Below are positions 39,220 to 48,208 of a stretch of 64,000 nt of DNA, in pieces. Under the pieces are notes generated by a model. That model was given only the letters and a program-made list of their open reading frames with translations. It made no database searches and had not been told where the DNA came from. A program made the position numbers and the translations under genes. Position 1 is the first letter of the stretch; the number at the start of each line of letters is the position of its first letter. Origin of the DNA: an uncultured Verrucomicrobiae bacterium (GTDB lineage Bacteria > Verrucomicrobiota > Verrucomicrobiia > Limisphaerales > Palsa-1400); NCBI GenBank assembly GCA_963764165.1, contig CAVXRD010000002.1:1216001-1280000 (forward strand). Reading direction: 5' to 3'.

Positions 39220-40989
39220 TTACGAAGGAGCCGCCACAGTTGCGTTCGAAAAAGCGCCTTGCACGCGGCGGCGGGACACCCGGATGAGTATCATGTTCAC
39301 CAAGAGCATGAAGAGGCTCGGCACCAACTGCGGCAGCGCCCGAAAAATCACGGCGGTTGCATTTGGAGACACGCCAGTCAAAGATCGAATCCCGATAAAA
39401 TTCATGAGAACCAAGAACGTCAGCCCAAAAGTGAACGATACCCCAATCCAAGGCAGAATTTTTGTGTAACAGATGGTTTTCAGGACCGCCATGGTCGTCT
39501 TGTTGGATGTCTGCCCCATCCAAATTGCCATCCAAGCGAGGCTAAATAGTCCGGTAATCCAGGTTACGTTCGTGAAAGCCAGGATGAAAAATTCCATTGT
39601 GGATGTGACGAGATTGCCGGCCCGCCAGGCTCCCGTGCCTGCTGGAATGGCCAGGATGGGAACGGCTCCAATGGCCAGCGCCAGCAGAACTTGGGCTGCC
39701 ACCGGCGCGAAAAACAATTTGCGCAATGCGATCCATTGGCCGCTCAGCACCTCCCGCATGGTAATCGGCGTGACGAGCAGCAATTCAAAGAAACCGGTCC
39801 GCCTGCCTTCAATATAGAAACGGACGATATGCATCACCAGCCACAACTCGAGCGCTATGGAAAGAGCCGACGCGCAGGAGCTGGCGAATTGGAAAAGAGT
39901 GTTGTTGCGCATCCCGATGGCCACCGAACTCCCGAAAGTCATGGTGGCCGAGGTGCTATTCGACGTGGTGGTAGTGGAAATGGCAGGCGAAGCGGCCCGC
40001 CTTGCGACGGACGCAAGCGCCGCCGCGGGTTGCTGCCAGGACGAGCACACGCTCAAAACCAACATTGCCAAAGCCAGCCCCAGCGCCACCCGCGCCAGGT
40101 TCGCCGCCCACCGGTCCCGCAGGACGATCCACGCGACGGGACTGCTATCCAGCAACTCTCTTTTGGGCACCGGTGCGAGCCATGGGCGGATTGGATTTCG
40201 CGCCTGCTGTCGGCTGCCTTTTTGCCGCGCGCCTTTGTCACGCCAGGACGCCGGGGCGAGCAAGCTGGCGATCAGCAGCCAAACCCAGCCAAGCACGTGA
40301 ATCGCGAGCGTGCTGGCCCAAAAATCGCGGGAGTGATAATTGTCCGTGTGGTTAACGCCGAACAATGGCGAAAGCAAACGGAGCACTGGCTGGTTGCTAT
40401 TCCTGCCCAGCACGCAGAGATCCAATTCAGGGATCAGAAACAGAAAGACGACCAGGGCCACCGCCGCCGCCGTCATGGCGCGGTGCGTTTCCCGGCTGGC
40501 AGCCGAAATCAGCATGCCCAACGCGAGCGAGAAGAAAAGCGTGTTGCAGATCGAGATGATCGAGCCTCGAAAATCGTCCGCCGCCACGCCGCCGAGAACG
40601 AACGAGAAAGCCATGATCGGAAAAATCGCCAGCAGGCTGTAAAAGCAGCGCAGCGACGTGGCGAAAAGCTTGCCGAGGACCACGTCGTAGCCGCGAAGAT
40701 TCGTCAAGAACAGCAACCCAAAAGTGCCCTCCCGTTTCTCTTCGCTGAGGCAATCAGACGTCAGGAAAATCCCTCCGGCGCAAGCGAAAATGAACGCGCT
40801 CCATTTGAGCGATTCAAAAATCATCACGCCAAGTTCCGACGAGAACGAACCCTTGCTGGCCAATGAAATCAAGCCAAGCGCTCCGGCAATGGCGACCGCG
40901 CCCAGCGCAAAGAAGATCCGCGAACGACGGACGGACTTCTTCCGGGCCGAGACCAGCAACTCCCGATGCGCAATGGGCAGAAGCGTCAT
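39220..40989 (-). CDS. ABC-2-type transporter permease
   Basis: LPIAHREL, EKREGTFGLLFLT, second ELLLVTP repeat, many TMs. Confidence 0.82.
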   Translation of the reverse strand: MTLLPIAHRELLVSARKKSVRRSRIFFALGAVAIAGALGLISLASKGSFSSELGVMIFESLKWSAFIFACAGGIFLTSDCLSEEKREGTFGLLFLTNLRGYDVVLGKLFATSLRCFYSLLAIFPIMAFSFVLGGVAADDFRGSIISICNTLFFSLALGMLISAASRETHRAMTAAAVALVVFLFLIPELDLCVLGRNSNQPVLRLLSPLFGVNHTDNYHSRDFWASTLAIHVLGWVWLLIASLLAPASWRDKGARQKGSRQQARNPIRPWLAPVPKRELLDSSPVAWIVLRDRWAANLARVALGLALAMLVLSVCSSWQQPAAALASVARRAASPAISTTTTSNSTSATMTFGSSVAIGMRNNTLFQFASSCASALSIALELWLVMHIVRFYIEGRRTGFFELLLVTPITMREVLSGQWIALRKLFFAPVAAQVLLALAIGAVPILAIPAGTGAWRAGNLVTSTMEFFILAFTNVTWITGLFSLAWMAIWMGQTSNKTTMAVLKTICYTKILPWIGVSFTFGLTFLVLMNFIGIRSLTGVSPNATAVIFRALPQLVPSLFMLLVNMILIRVSRRRVQGAFSNATVAAPS

Positions 40990-41154
40990 TTGACAGCGGA
41001 GATTGCAGCGACCAAGGGCAAAATTACAAGCGTATTAGGACGGGCGCAGAGATCCCGAGGGAGGGGAACCCAAACTGTTCTGCTCAAATCAAAGGGCAAA
41101 CAGGCGAACTTTCAACCCCGCCACCATTACAGCCTTCGACTGCTCCTCATCAGA

Positions 41155-41357
41155 GGTTCCTCAACGATTTCAGTGGAATGCGATGATCCCTGTTGATGCT
41201 TGCTCTGAAATCCCGTCCGCAAATCCCGAAGGGATTTTATCATTCAGCCCAGCGTTGGCCCGATTCTGAAAGGGCCTTCGCTGGGTAATGGCGCCTAAAG
41301 TTCCAAACCCTGAAGGGGTTAAACAATATAAGGCCACTGAAAAAACTGCGAAGCGCC
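41155..41357. mobile_element. Degenerate MITE related to 46429-46708, with an internal CCCGAAGGG/CCCTGAAGGG palindromic repeat
   Basis: Left end ggttcctcaacgatttcagtggaat matches the MITE TIR; right end ccactgaaaaaactgcgaagcgcc is only partly complementary; no target duplication. Confidence 0.5.
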
Positions 41358-41363
41358 TTAAAT

Positions 41364-44033
41364 TCACTTTGCCGAAATTCCGTCAAGCCGTTTTTGGGCG
41401 GCCGCGATTTTTTTCTCCAGCGCGGGTTGCATTGCCGGAATGGCGTTGGTCACCCGTTTGTAAACGAAGATGGCTTCATTCCAATGCTGCTGCTTTTCGT
41501 AGATAACCCCCGCCGCCCTCCCCGCCACCTCCACCCAATATGGATCAAAGTGATCGGGATCCAATTCGGACACAACGTTGATGTAATGTGTCAACGCCAG
41601 CGGCAGATTATACTCCCGTTCGGCGATGACTCCCAATCCCACTTCCGCCTGGGCGCGGGTGGAAGGATTCACCGAGCCGGGGGGGAAATCGAGGATAGCC
41701 TTGTACATTTGCCGCGCCGCGGCGTAATTGGTCGAACTCCGATCGGCCCATTCCCGTTGATATTCTCCCAGCCGGCCAAGAGCCTCGACGGCGATCGAAT
41801 TCGATGGCGCGCCGTTCGTGCATTTGCTGGTGGCGTTGATGGCTTGGGTCAGAAAATCGTTATTATTCGATGTGGACTGGAATTGCTGGATGAACGCATC
41901 GCCCAGCGCAAGGTAACCGCGCAGGACGAGGGCGGAAGGCGCGTTGGTGAGATTGACAAGGTTCGTGAAATACCCGACGGCATCCGTCGATTCGTGGTTG
42001 GCCAGGGCGGACTTGCCGGCCGAGAACCTCGCTTCAAAGGTCAGTTCGCCCGCGTTCGGAAAACGTTGGAAGACTTCCTGGTAACGCTGCTCGGCGTGGC
42101 TCCAGTCGCCTTGGGCGTAATAGCAATCGGCGAGACTGTTCAGAGCCCACGGCGTGAACTCCGCGTTCGTCGGATATCGCTCCACGAAATTAGTCAGGCC
42201 AGCCAGCTCTTCGTTGGTCATCCCTGCTTTGCCCTCGGCCAGCGCGAGATGAAATTGGACGGCGGGCAGCAACGGATCGCCCGGATGATTCGTCTGCCAG
42301 ATCTTATACTGTGACACGGCCTCTTCCCAGCGGCCATCGTGGTCGAAGGTTTGCGCGATGGCGAAATCAACTTCCGCGCGAAGCGGCGAATTTGTGGAAC
42401 GATTCAGCAGCGCTTTGAACGTCTCGCGCGCCTTCGTGTAATTATATTTTCGGTTGGCATCCTCGCCGATCAGCAGCGAACCACGATCTCCGTAATTATT
42501 TTCCGGGAACCAACGGAGAATTTTCTCGACAGCCGCGCTCGCGCCGGCCGAATCACCGCGATTGATGTCTGCCTGCGCCAGTTGGTAAAGCGCAAGGTCG
42601 AAAAGGGAGTTGGTGATTTCAGGTTCCTTGTTGGTCAGAACCAGGCTGTAATTAGCCGCCGCGCCCGCGAAATCCTTGAGCTGGAATTGCGCATCCGCCA
42701 GCTTGAATCGGGCGACCGCTTCGTCCGGCGCATAAGCCAGCCCCGCGGCGGCAATCTCAAAATCCTCGCGCGCGGCGGGCAGGTTGGTCGAAATCCACTC
42801 GCACCAGCCGCGATCCAAGCGGGCTTTGGGAAGGAGCGGGCTGTGGGTGAAATTGCTGAGGACAAAATTAAAATTCGTCAGCGCCGCGCTGAGCAGATTC
42901 GTGGGCAGCCCCGGCGGCGCATTTGAGCCAGCCGCATTGGAATCCGCGCCGGAGCCAAGCTTCAGGTCCAGCTCGCCCAGACTGACACGAATCAAATCCT
43001 GGCCCGCCGCCAATGGCTGGCGCTGGCTGGCCAGCGCGTCGAGCGCCTGGATTGCCTGCGGCAGCGAATTCATGGCCACTGTCAATTCAATAGTGCGCGC
43101 CATCGCCTGCTGCTGCGCGTCCGCTGGCTGCGATTCGAGCAGGTTCGTGCCGTAAACCCGCAACGCGTCCGCGCCCCGGCCGAGTTTCTCGAGGATCTGG
43201 CCTTGCAGAAAAACGCTGGCAGCCTGATGGGCGGCGGCGATGTCCAGCGACAGCAAATTCGCGCTCGCGTTCAAGGCGGAAGCGGGATCCCCCTTGGCCA
43301 GCAGCACCCGGCACAAAAGATACTGGCGATGCCAGCGCAAATCATCGTGGGCCAGGTTGGCCGGATCCAAGGCAGTGACAACCTTTTCGGCTTCCGCATA
43401 CGACCCTTCCTGAAAGAGCGCTTCGGCCAGGAGCAGCCAGCCGCGGGCCGCAAATTCGCTCTTGGGATCCTGGAGGGCGGCAGTTTGAAACGGCCCCCCA
43501 TTCTGCCGCAAAATATTGATGACGCCCGGCCAATCCGCCGTTCGCGAATGCACTTCCGCTTCATCGTAGGCCGACTCGAGCCGCACCGGCGAGCCGGGGA
43601 ATTCGCGGGCCACGGTGGAATAGCCCTGCTCGGCTGGCACAAATTCGCCCGCGCCCAAATGAGCCTTGGCCATCCAGAAGAGAAATTCCGATTGGAGCGG
43701 GCCGACTGTGGCCGAGTGCTTTTGCAGCAAATCAATCGCGCCAGCATAATTCGATTGGCCCAGCCGCGAGCGCGCCTCGTAAAGGAAAGCATTCGGGCGA
43801 TGCGGGGAATTGGTGTATTTATCGAGAAATTCGGCGAAGCTGTGTTCCGCCTGCGGATAATGCTCATCGTGGAACATATTGAAAGCCGCCGCAAAGGCCT
43901 GGTCCTCCGGCGAGGGCGCGGCGGTGGCCCGCCAGCAAAAGCCGCCGCCAATGACAAACGCCATCAGCAGCGCCAGAGCGCCGGGAATTCTCACGCGAGG
44001 CCAGTTCAATGAGCGCAACCGCATTTTCACCAT
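41364..44033 (-). CDS. Exported tetratricopeptide-repeat protein
   Basis: Signal peptide and repeated TPR units (FLDKYTNSP, EFPGSP, WFPENNY). Confidence 0.82.
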   Translation of the reverse strand: MVKMRLRSLNWPRVRIPGALALLMAFVIGGGFCWRATAAPSPEDQAFAAAFNMFHDEHYPQAEHSFAEFLDKYTNSPHRPNAFLYEARSRLGQSNYAGAIDLLQKHSATVGPLQSEFLFWMAKAHLGAGEFVPAEQGYSTVAREFPGSPVRLESAYDEAEVHSRTADWPGVINILRQNGGPFQTAALQDPKSEFAARGWLLLAEALFQEGSYAEAEKVVTALDPANLAHDDLRWHRQYLLCRVLLAKGDPASALNASANLLSLDIAAAHQAASVFLQGQILEKLGRGADALRVYGTNLLESQPADAQQQAMARTIELTVAMNSLPQAIQALDALASQRQPLAAGQDLIRVSLGELDLKLGSGADSNAAGSNAPPGLPTNLLSAALTNFNFVLSNFTHSPLLPKARLDRGWCEWISTNLPAAREDFEIAAAGLAYAPDEAVARFKLADAQFQLKDFAGAAANYSLVLTNKEPEITNSLFDLALYQLAQADINRGDSAGASAAVEKILRWFPENNYGDRGSLLIGEDANRKYNYTKARETFKALLNRSTNSPLRAEVDFAIAQTFDHDGRWEEAVSQYKIWQTNHPGDPLLPAVQFHLALAEGKAGMTNEELAGLTNFVERYPTNAEFTPWALNSLADCYYAQGDWSHAEQRYQEVFQRFPNAGELTFEARFSAGKSALANHESTDAVGYFTNLVNLTNAPSALVLRGYLALGDAFIQQFQSTSNNNDFLTQAINATSKCTNGAPSNSIAVEALGRLGEYQREWADRSSTNYAAARQMYKAILDFPPGSVNPSTRAQAEVGLGVIAEREYNLPLALTHYINVVSELDPDHFDPYWVEVAGRAAGVIYEKQQHWNEAIFVYKRVTNAIPAMQPALEKKIAAAQKRLDGISAK

Positions 44034-44298
44034 TGTCCGACAAAGCAAAAGGCGAGGCGATTCAAAAATTTGGCAAAGGCAGATCTGGCGTGCGATTGAA
44101 GGAAGAAGAATATTTGGGCGGACACGCAGGTTCGCCCTACCAAATTATGGCAGGGCGGCGCTGCGCCGCCGCCGAAATATTATTGAGAGCCCGGGCACTT
44201 ATGGGGCTCGGTTTGGCGCGGACTCGTGGCAAGAGGTTTTTTAGTATGACCCTCAAAATTTTTGCGGATTTTGAACAAATTGCCGGAAAAGCGCTCTA

Positions 44299-44317
44299 TA
44301 CTTTGTATTACAAAGTA
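44299..44317. promoter_or_regulatory. Perfect palindrome, putative operator
   Basis: TACTTTGTA-T-TACAAAGTA, ending 6 nt before ATG 44324. Confidence 0.6.
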
Positions 44318-44323
44318 AATTGC

Positions 44324-45193
44324 ATGGTCATTTTGATGTTCCTCATTTTTGTTTCGACGTTGCTGAATCTGGCTCTGCCTTTTCGCAAGCCAAACACATG
44401 CTGGGCGGGTTTCGCTCGGAGCGTGTATGTGTTGCTGGCGGGGATAGTTATTCCGGTGGGTGTGTTCCTTCTCAGTGCAATGATGGTGCCGGACTGGAAA
44501 GGGGCTTGCCCTCACGGCTGGATCGATTGCTTCCACAGGGGAAAACTCGCTCTTTTGCCGGTCGTCCTTTGGGCATCCGCGGCCCTGTTCTTGGCGGAAA
44601 ACCAAACCCACAATCCGCCTGAGCCATGGGTGGTCCGCGGATTGTTTCTCGGCTCCATTGTCGCTGGCATTTGTTTAATCGTCGGCTGCTCCAACGGGAT
44701 TGCAGCCGATCAGGTCGACCTATTCCTCCTGTGCCCGTTTTACGTTTGCGTATGGCACGGCGTGCGGATGTGGCAACTGCAGCGCGCCGCCAAGTGCGAG
44801 GCAAAGTCCTTCGCAGCCGCCCTGGCCAAGACGCTGCCTTTTTGGATTGCCAGCGTGATCTGGTCAAAACGGATTTATGCATCGCTGCCCGACAAGTCCC
44901 CCGACTGTTTTATTGTCACCGCCGCCTCGCGCGGCCACGCCAGCGTCGTAGGCCCTCTAATCGAAGTCAGGCGAGCCGGCAGAATCCGAAGCGCCAACCG
45001 GCAGCTATTGATTTTCTGGCAATTCGAAGCGCTATGGTCATCACGCGCCCCACGAACTCACGCCGCGTTCCGGCGCATCTACAACCGGCTCGGGCCGGCC
45101 ATTGCCCGGCGGATTACGTCCTCATGGCAGGCCGACGCCATCTATGTCGCCCTGAAGCCGATGGAATGGATGGCAGGGTTCGTCTGTTTGTAA
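44324..45193 (+). CDS. Membrane protein with a C-terminal CFI-box (DUF6688-like)
   Basis: TM helices followed by CFIVTAASRGH...NRQL..F..FE...RRIYNRLGP. Start is uncertain. Confidence 0.72.
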   Translation: MVILMFLIFVSTLLNLALPFRKPNTCWAGFARSVYVLLAGIVIPVGVFLLSAMMVPDWKGACPHGWIDCFHRGKLALLPVVLWASAALFLAENQTHNPPEPWVVRGLFLGSIVAGICLIVGCSNGIAADQVDLFLLCPFYVCVWHGVRMWQLQRAAKCEAKSFAAALAKTLPFWIASVIWSKRIYASLPDKSPDCFIVTAASRGHASVVGPLIEVRRAGRIRSANRQLLIFWQFEALWSSRAPRTHAAFRRIYNRLGPAIARRITSSWQADAIYVALKPMEWMAGFVCL

Positions 45194-45200
45194 CTAATAA

Positions 45201-45878
45201 CTAATCCCGCACTTCGGTTATGGCGTGATAGACTTTTCCCGTTTTGCCGTCGACAAGCATGGTGTGCTGCCACGGACAGCGGAAACACCGATAGCAGTGT
45301 TTCTCCTCAACAGCCTCCGGTGCCCAACCCGGCAGGTTGCGCTGGGGCCCTTTCGGATAGAGGAGCTGCGTCTTGCAGGCATCCCAGCTAACCCGCTGAC
45401 AGGTCGTGTCCGATGCCAAATGAACCGTATCGTTCGTCGGCGAATTGGCTACCGCGCTCAAGAGTGCCTTCTCATCAGTGGTATAAACGAAATAGCCATA
45501 TGACAGAAAGGTACCCGGAACCCAGGCCCCCTGAACGTCCGCACCGTCAAGGAACGCGGAGTTGGCAAGCAGCCCACTAAGTAATTCCTTGGCTTTCACT
45601 GGCTCAAGAAGTCGGACGTCCGTGTCGTCAAACGCCCGATTGACCAGAGCCTGCCAAGCGAGTTTACAGTTAGCGCCCTTTACTTTATTGAACAGCTTCG
45701 CTGAGGAGTAAGCGAAGCATGCAGTCAGGCCTAATACCGACGAAATAAGCAAGATGGCGCCGGCTCGCCTTGCCCGTTGTCTTCTGCTGAGGAATCCCAC
45801 AGCCAGGATGACAGCGCCAGCAAAGCCACACAAGAAAAGGGCGATCGCCAAAGAGGCGATCACGAACACCGTAGTCAT
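45201..45878 (-). CDS. Hypothetical protein with N-terminal TM segments
   Basis: 225-aa ORF with no recognised motif. Confidence 0.62.
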   Translation of the reverse strand: MTTVFVIASLAIALFLCGFAGAVILAVGFLSRRQRARRAGAILLISSVLGLTACFAYSSAKLFNKVKGANCKLAWQALVNRAFDDTDVRLLEPVKAKELLSGLLANSAFLDGADVQGAWVPGTFLSYGYFVYTTDEKALLSAVANSPTNDTVHLASDTTCQRVSWDACKTQLLYPKGPQRNLPGWAPEAVEEKHCYRCFRCPWQHTMLVDGKTGKVYHAITEVRD

Positions 45879-45941
45879 GTCTCTAAGTTAAACACGCCGG
45901 CGTTAACCTGCGAGCCTTAGCTCACGGCGGTAAGATCACCC

Positions 45942-46100
45942 ATGAATTTTGCTGAAGTAATGGATCAATTGCCGAAAATGATCCCAAAGCAACGGCAGGC
46001 ATTGATCAAACGCGCCGTGGAGATCGACGAGCGGCCTCGCAGTAATTTTGAACTGCGCCTCGTTGAAGAACGCTTGCTGACTTTAAGAAGCAGCTGCCAA
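45942..46100 (+). pseudogene. Probable addiction-module antitoxin fragment
   Basis: MNFAEVMDQLPKM..KQRQALIKRAVEIDE...LVEERL resembles small addiction-module components; the ORF then runs into repeat DNA and no toxin follows. Confidence 0.4.
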
Positions 46101-46312
46101 AACACCCTCAGAAATGAAATGGGCGCTGGACTAAGGGCAAAATTCTTCGAAATGCTTTTTTTCTTCATTATCTTTGCGCGCTTCTGTTTAAGACCCTTTT
46201 CGTCTTCGGTTAGCCCCTCGAGCACTCAGAGATTTAACACCAAGGAAACAAAGAGAACGAACGGTTTTGTCTCAAACCCCAATGGCATAGGGCGGAACAA
46301 CAGACTGGGCAG

Positions 46313-46760
46313 CCGTCACATGCCGTCACAAAATGGGTGACGCCGCTCAAGCAGAGTTCCGTCGCGGCCTGTATGGAAGCTTGGGTTTTGTGACGGCTGC
46401 GTGTGACCCTTTGTGACGGTAATTGTGAGGTTCCTCAACGTTTTCGGTGGAATAGAATCCGGGCACTCGGCCACGAATTAAAACGAGCGACGGGGCGGCT
46501 GCGAGCCACAGCTCGCGCCCCGTCGCGGTCGGACAGCGAAACGCTCATTTACAACAACTTACCCATGAATGGCTTACAACTATTGGATGGCCCTGAGATG
46601 AGGCAGCGAGATTCCCCTGGATTACTGATGTCTGCACCTCCTCAGAGGTTTGGTTGCTCGCAACCGGGTTTACACGAACTTCTATTCCACTGAAAACGTG
46701 GAGGAACCAATTGTGACGGACTAAGTGGTTGATTGACAACAGTGTGACGGGTGTGACGGC
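46313..46760. repeat. TGTGACGG / CCGTCACA short-repeat array
   Basis: TGTGAC at 46389, 46402, 46412, 46712, 46743 and 46752; inverted CCGTCACA at 46313 and 46323. Confidence 0.8.
46429..46708. mobile_element. 280-bp non-autonomous MITE, probably ISL3-derived
   Basis: 28-bp TIRs GGTTCCTCAACGTTTTCGGTGGAATAGA / TCTATTCCACTGAAAACGTGGAGGAACC (2 mismatches); perfect 8-bp duplication AATTGTGA. Confidence 0.85.
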
Positions 46761-46862
46761 TTTTTAGGGGGGTGTGTATACATATGCAGCCCAAACGACC
46801 CATTTTAGCGACTCTGAATGAAACTGGTCAAAAAGGGACGAGGGGCCTCAGATTCCAACTTA

Positions 46863-46910
46863 GTCAGCAAATCTCACCAAATCTCACCAAATCTCACCAA
46901 ATCACACCTG
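46863..46910 (+). repeat. 10-nt tandem repeat (ATCTCACCAA)n
   Basis: gtcagcaa atctcaccaa x3 atcacacctg. Confidence 0.85.
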
Positions 46911-47036
46911 TTTTTTGTCTCATCGAAACAAAAGCCAAAGCGGTGCCTTGCGTGCAATTTTTCGATCACATTGTATTTTCCAACGTGAGATTAAAGGAGG
47001 GCGATCTCGCAGTCGCGAAGCGAGGTAGCAACGGTG

Positions 47037-47981
47037 TTAACTGGCAAGCTGGAAATTGGGATTTTTCAGCAATCGGTTCATAAGGAGGATAAGCTTTCGC
47101 ATGGCGGCGGTGAGGGCGACCTTTGGTTTTTTGCCGTTATTCCGCAATCGCAAATAGAACTCTTTGAGAATGCGGTCGCAGCGAACGGCGCTTAGGGCGG
47201 CCATGTAGAGGGCTCGGCGGATGCCGGCCCGGCCGCCGCCGATGTGGCGCTGGTCGGACTGTTGGCCGCTATCGCTGTTGTAAGGGGCCAGGCCAGCCAA
47301 GGCGGCGCAGGAGCCATCCTCGAGAGTGCCCAGTTCGGGCATTTCAGCCAGGACGCAAACGGCGGTGACGGAGCCGACGCCGGGGATGGTCTGCAGGCGC
47401 TGGGCTTTTTTCTTCAAGTCGGCGTCCTTGTCCATGAGCGAGGCAATTTCCCGCTCGCACTGGGCGATTTGTTTTTCCAGCAGAGCGATGATCTGGCGGG
47501 ACTGTTTTTGGGAAAAGCTGTCGGCATAATGTTCTGCGTGATTGCGTTCGACGACCAGCTGTTCAACCACTTGGCGGCGGCGCCTTGTCAGTTGAGTCAA
47601 TTGCTGCTGGGTGGGAGAGGCCTGGGGCGTGGGAGCGGGCTGGAGGGCGGCTCCGTAAGCGGAGAGCACGGCAGCATCGATGGGATCGGACTTGGCGCGC
47701 TTGCCTTTGGCTTTGGCGAAGTGACGGACCCGTCCGGCTTCGACCAGGCTCAGAGGGATGGCGGCTTCATGGAGAGCGGCCAGCACAGGCTGCTCGTAGC
47801 CGCCGGTGGCTTCGCAGACCACTTGGGCGCTTGGATGAGACTTTAAGAGGCCGATCAATTTTTGATGGCCTTTGGCGTCATTGGAGAGGGCATGGGATTG
47901 AGCGGCCAGGTGAAGCTGCAAAGAGGACTTGGCAACGTCGAGGCCGACGAAGAGAATGGAAGGCGAATTGGTCTGACTCAT
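47037..47981 (-). CDS. IS110 DEDD recombinase/transposase
   Basis: GLDVAK, CEATGGYE and KSDPIDA (DEDD); TIPGVG; AGLAP...DSG (catalytic Ser); ALTAAMRKL. Confidence 0.95.
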   Translation of the reverse strand: MSQTNSPSILFVGLDVAKSSLQLHLAAQSHALSNDAKGHQKLIGLLKSHPSAQVVCEATGGYEQPVLAALHEAAIPLSLVEAGRVRHFAKAKGKRAKSDPIDAAVLSAYGAALQPAPTPQASPTQQQLTQLTRRRRQVVEQLVVERNHAEHYADSFSQKQSRQIIALLEKQIAQCEREIASLMDKDADLKKKAQRLQTIPGVGSVTAVCVLAEMPELGTLEDGSCAALAGLAPYNSDSGQQSDQRHIGGGRAGIRRALYMAALSAVRCDRILKEFYLRLRNNGKKPKVALTAAMRKLILLMNRLLKNPNFQLAS

Positions 47982-48195
47982 ACTTGTAAAATTCGAGCCG
48001 CGTTGTTAGACGCGCTCAGGCAACGGTTCGAGTTTGGAACAATGGGCGGGAATGGAACACGCTACCTTACGGAGCTCGCTGCCGAGACAGCGACTTCAAG
48101 GGACGCACGTTCTCAAACCCGCCGCCGCCTCTGCGCCTGCAGGCGCAGAGGCGGCATCAACTTGGAGATCCGACATCGGATTACCAAGAAGAATA
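47976..48195 (-). ncRNA. Putative bridge RNA of the IS110 element (ends approximate)
   Basis: 5' 32-nt perfect hairpin (48124-48155); target loop GCGTCCCT...hairpin...AAGGTAG; donor loop ACCGTTGC...hairpin...TACAAG. Confidence 0.85.
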
Positions 48196-48208
48196 AGAAG
48201 AAGATACA

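Noticed and set aside
45190..45940. Integron gene cassette (TTAGAGACATG before the ORF)
   Set aside because: No convincing attC (RYYYAAC...GTTRRRY with inner stems) and no integron integrase.
48124..48155. 32-nt palindrome as a terminator or another REP
   Set aside because: No U-tract and no second copy; its position matches the 5' stem-loop of the bridge RNA.
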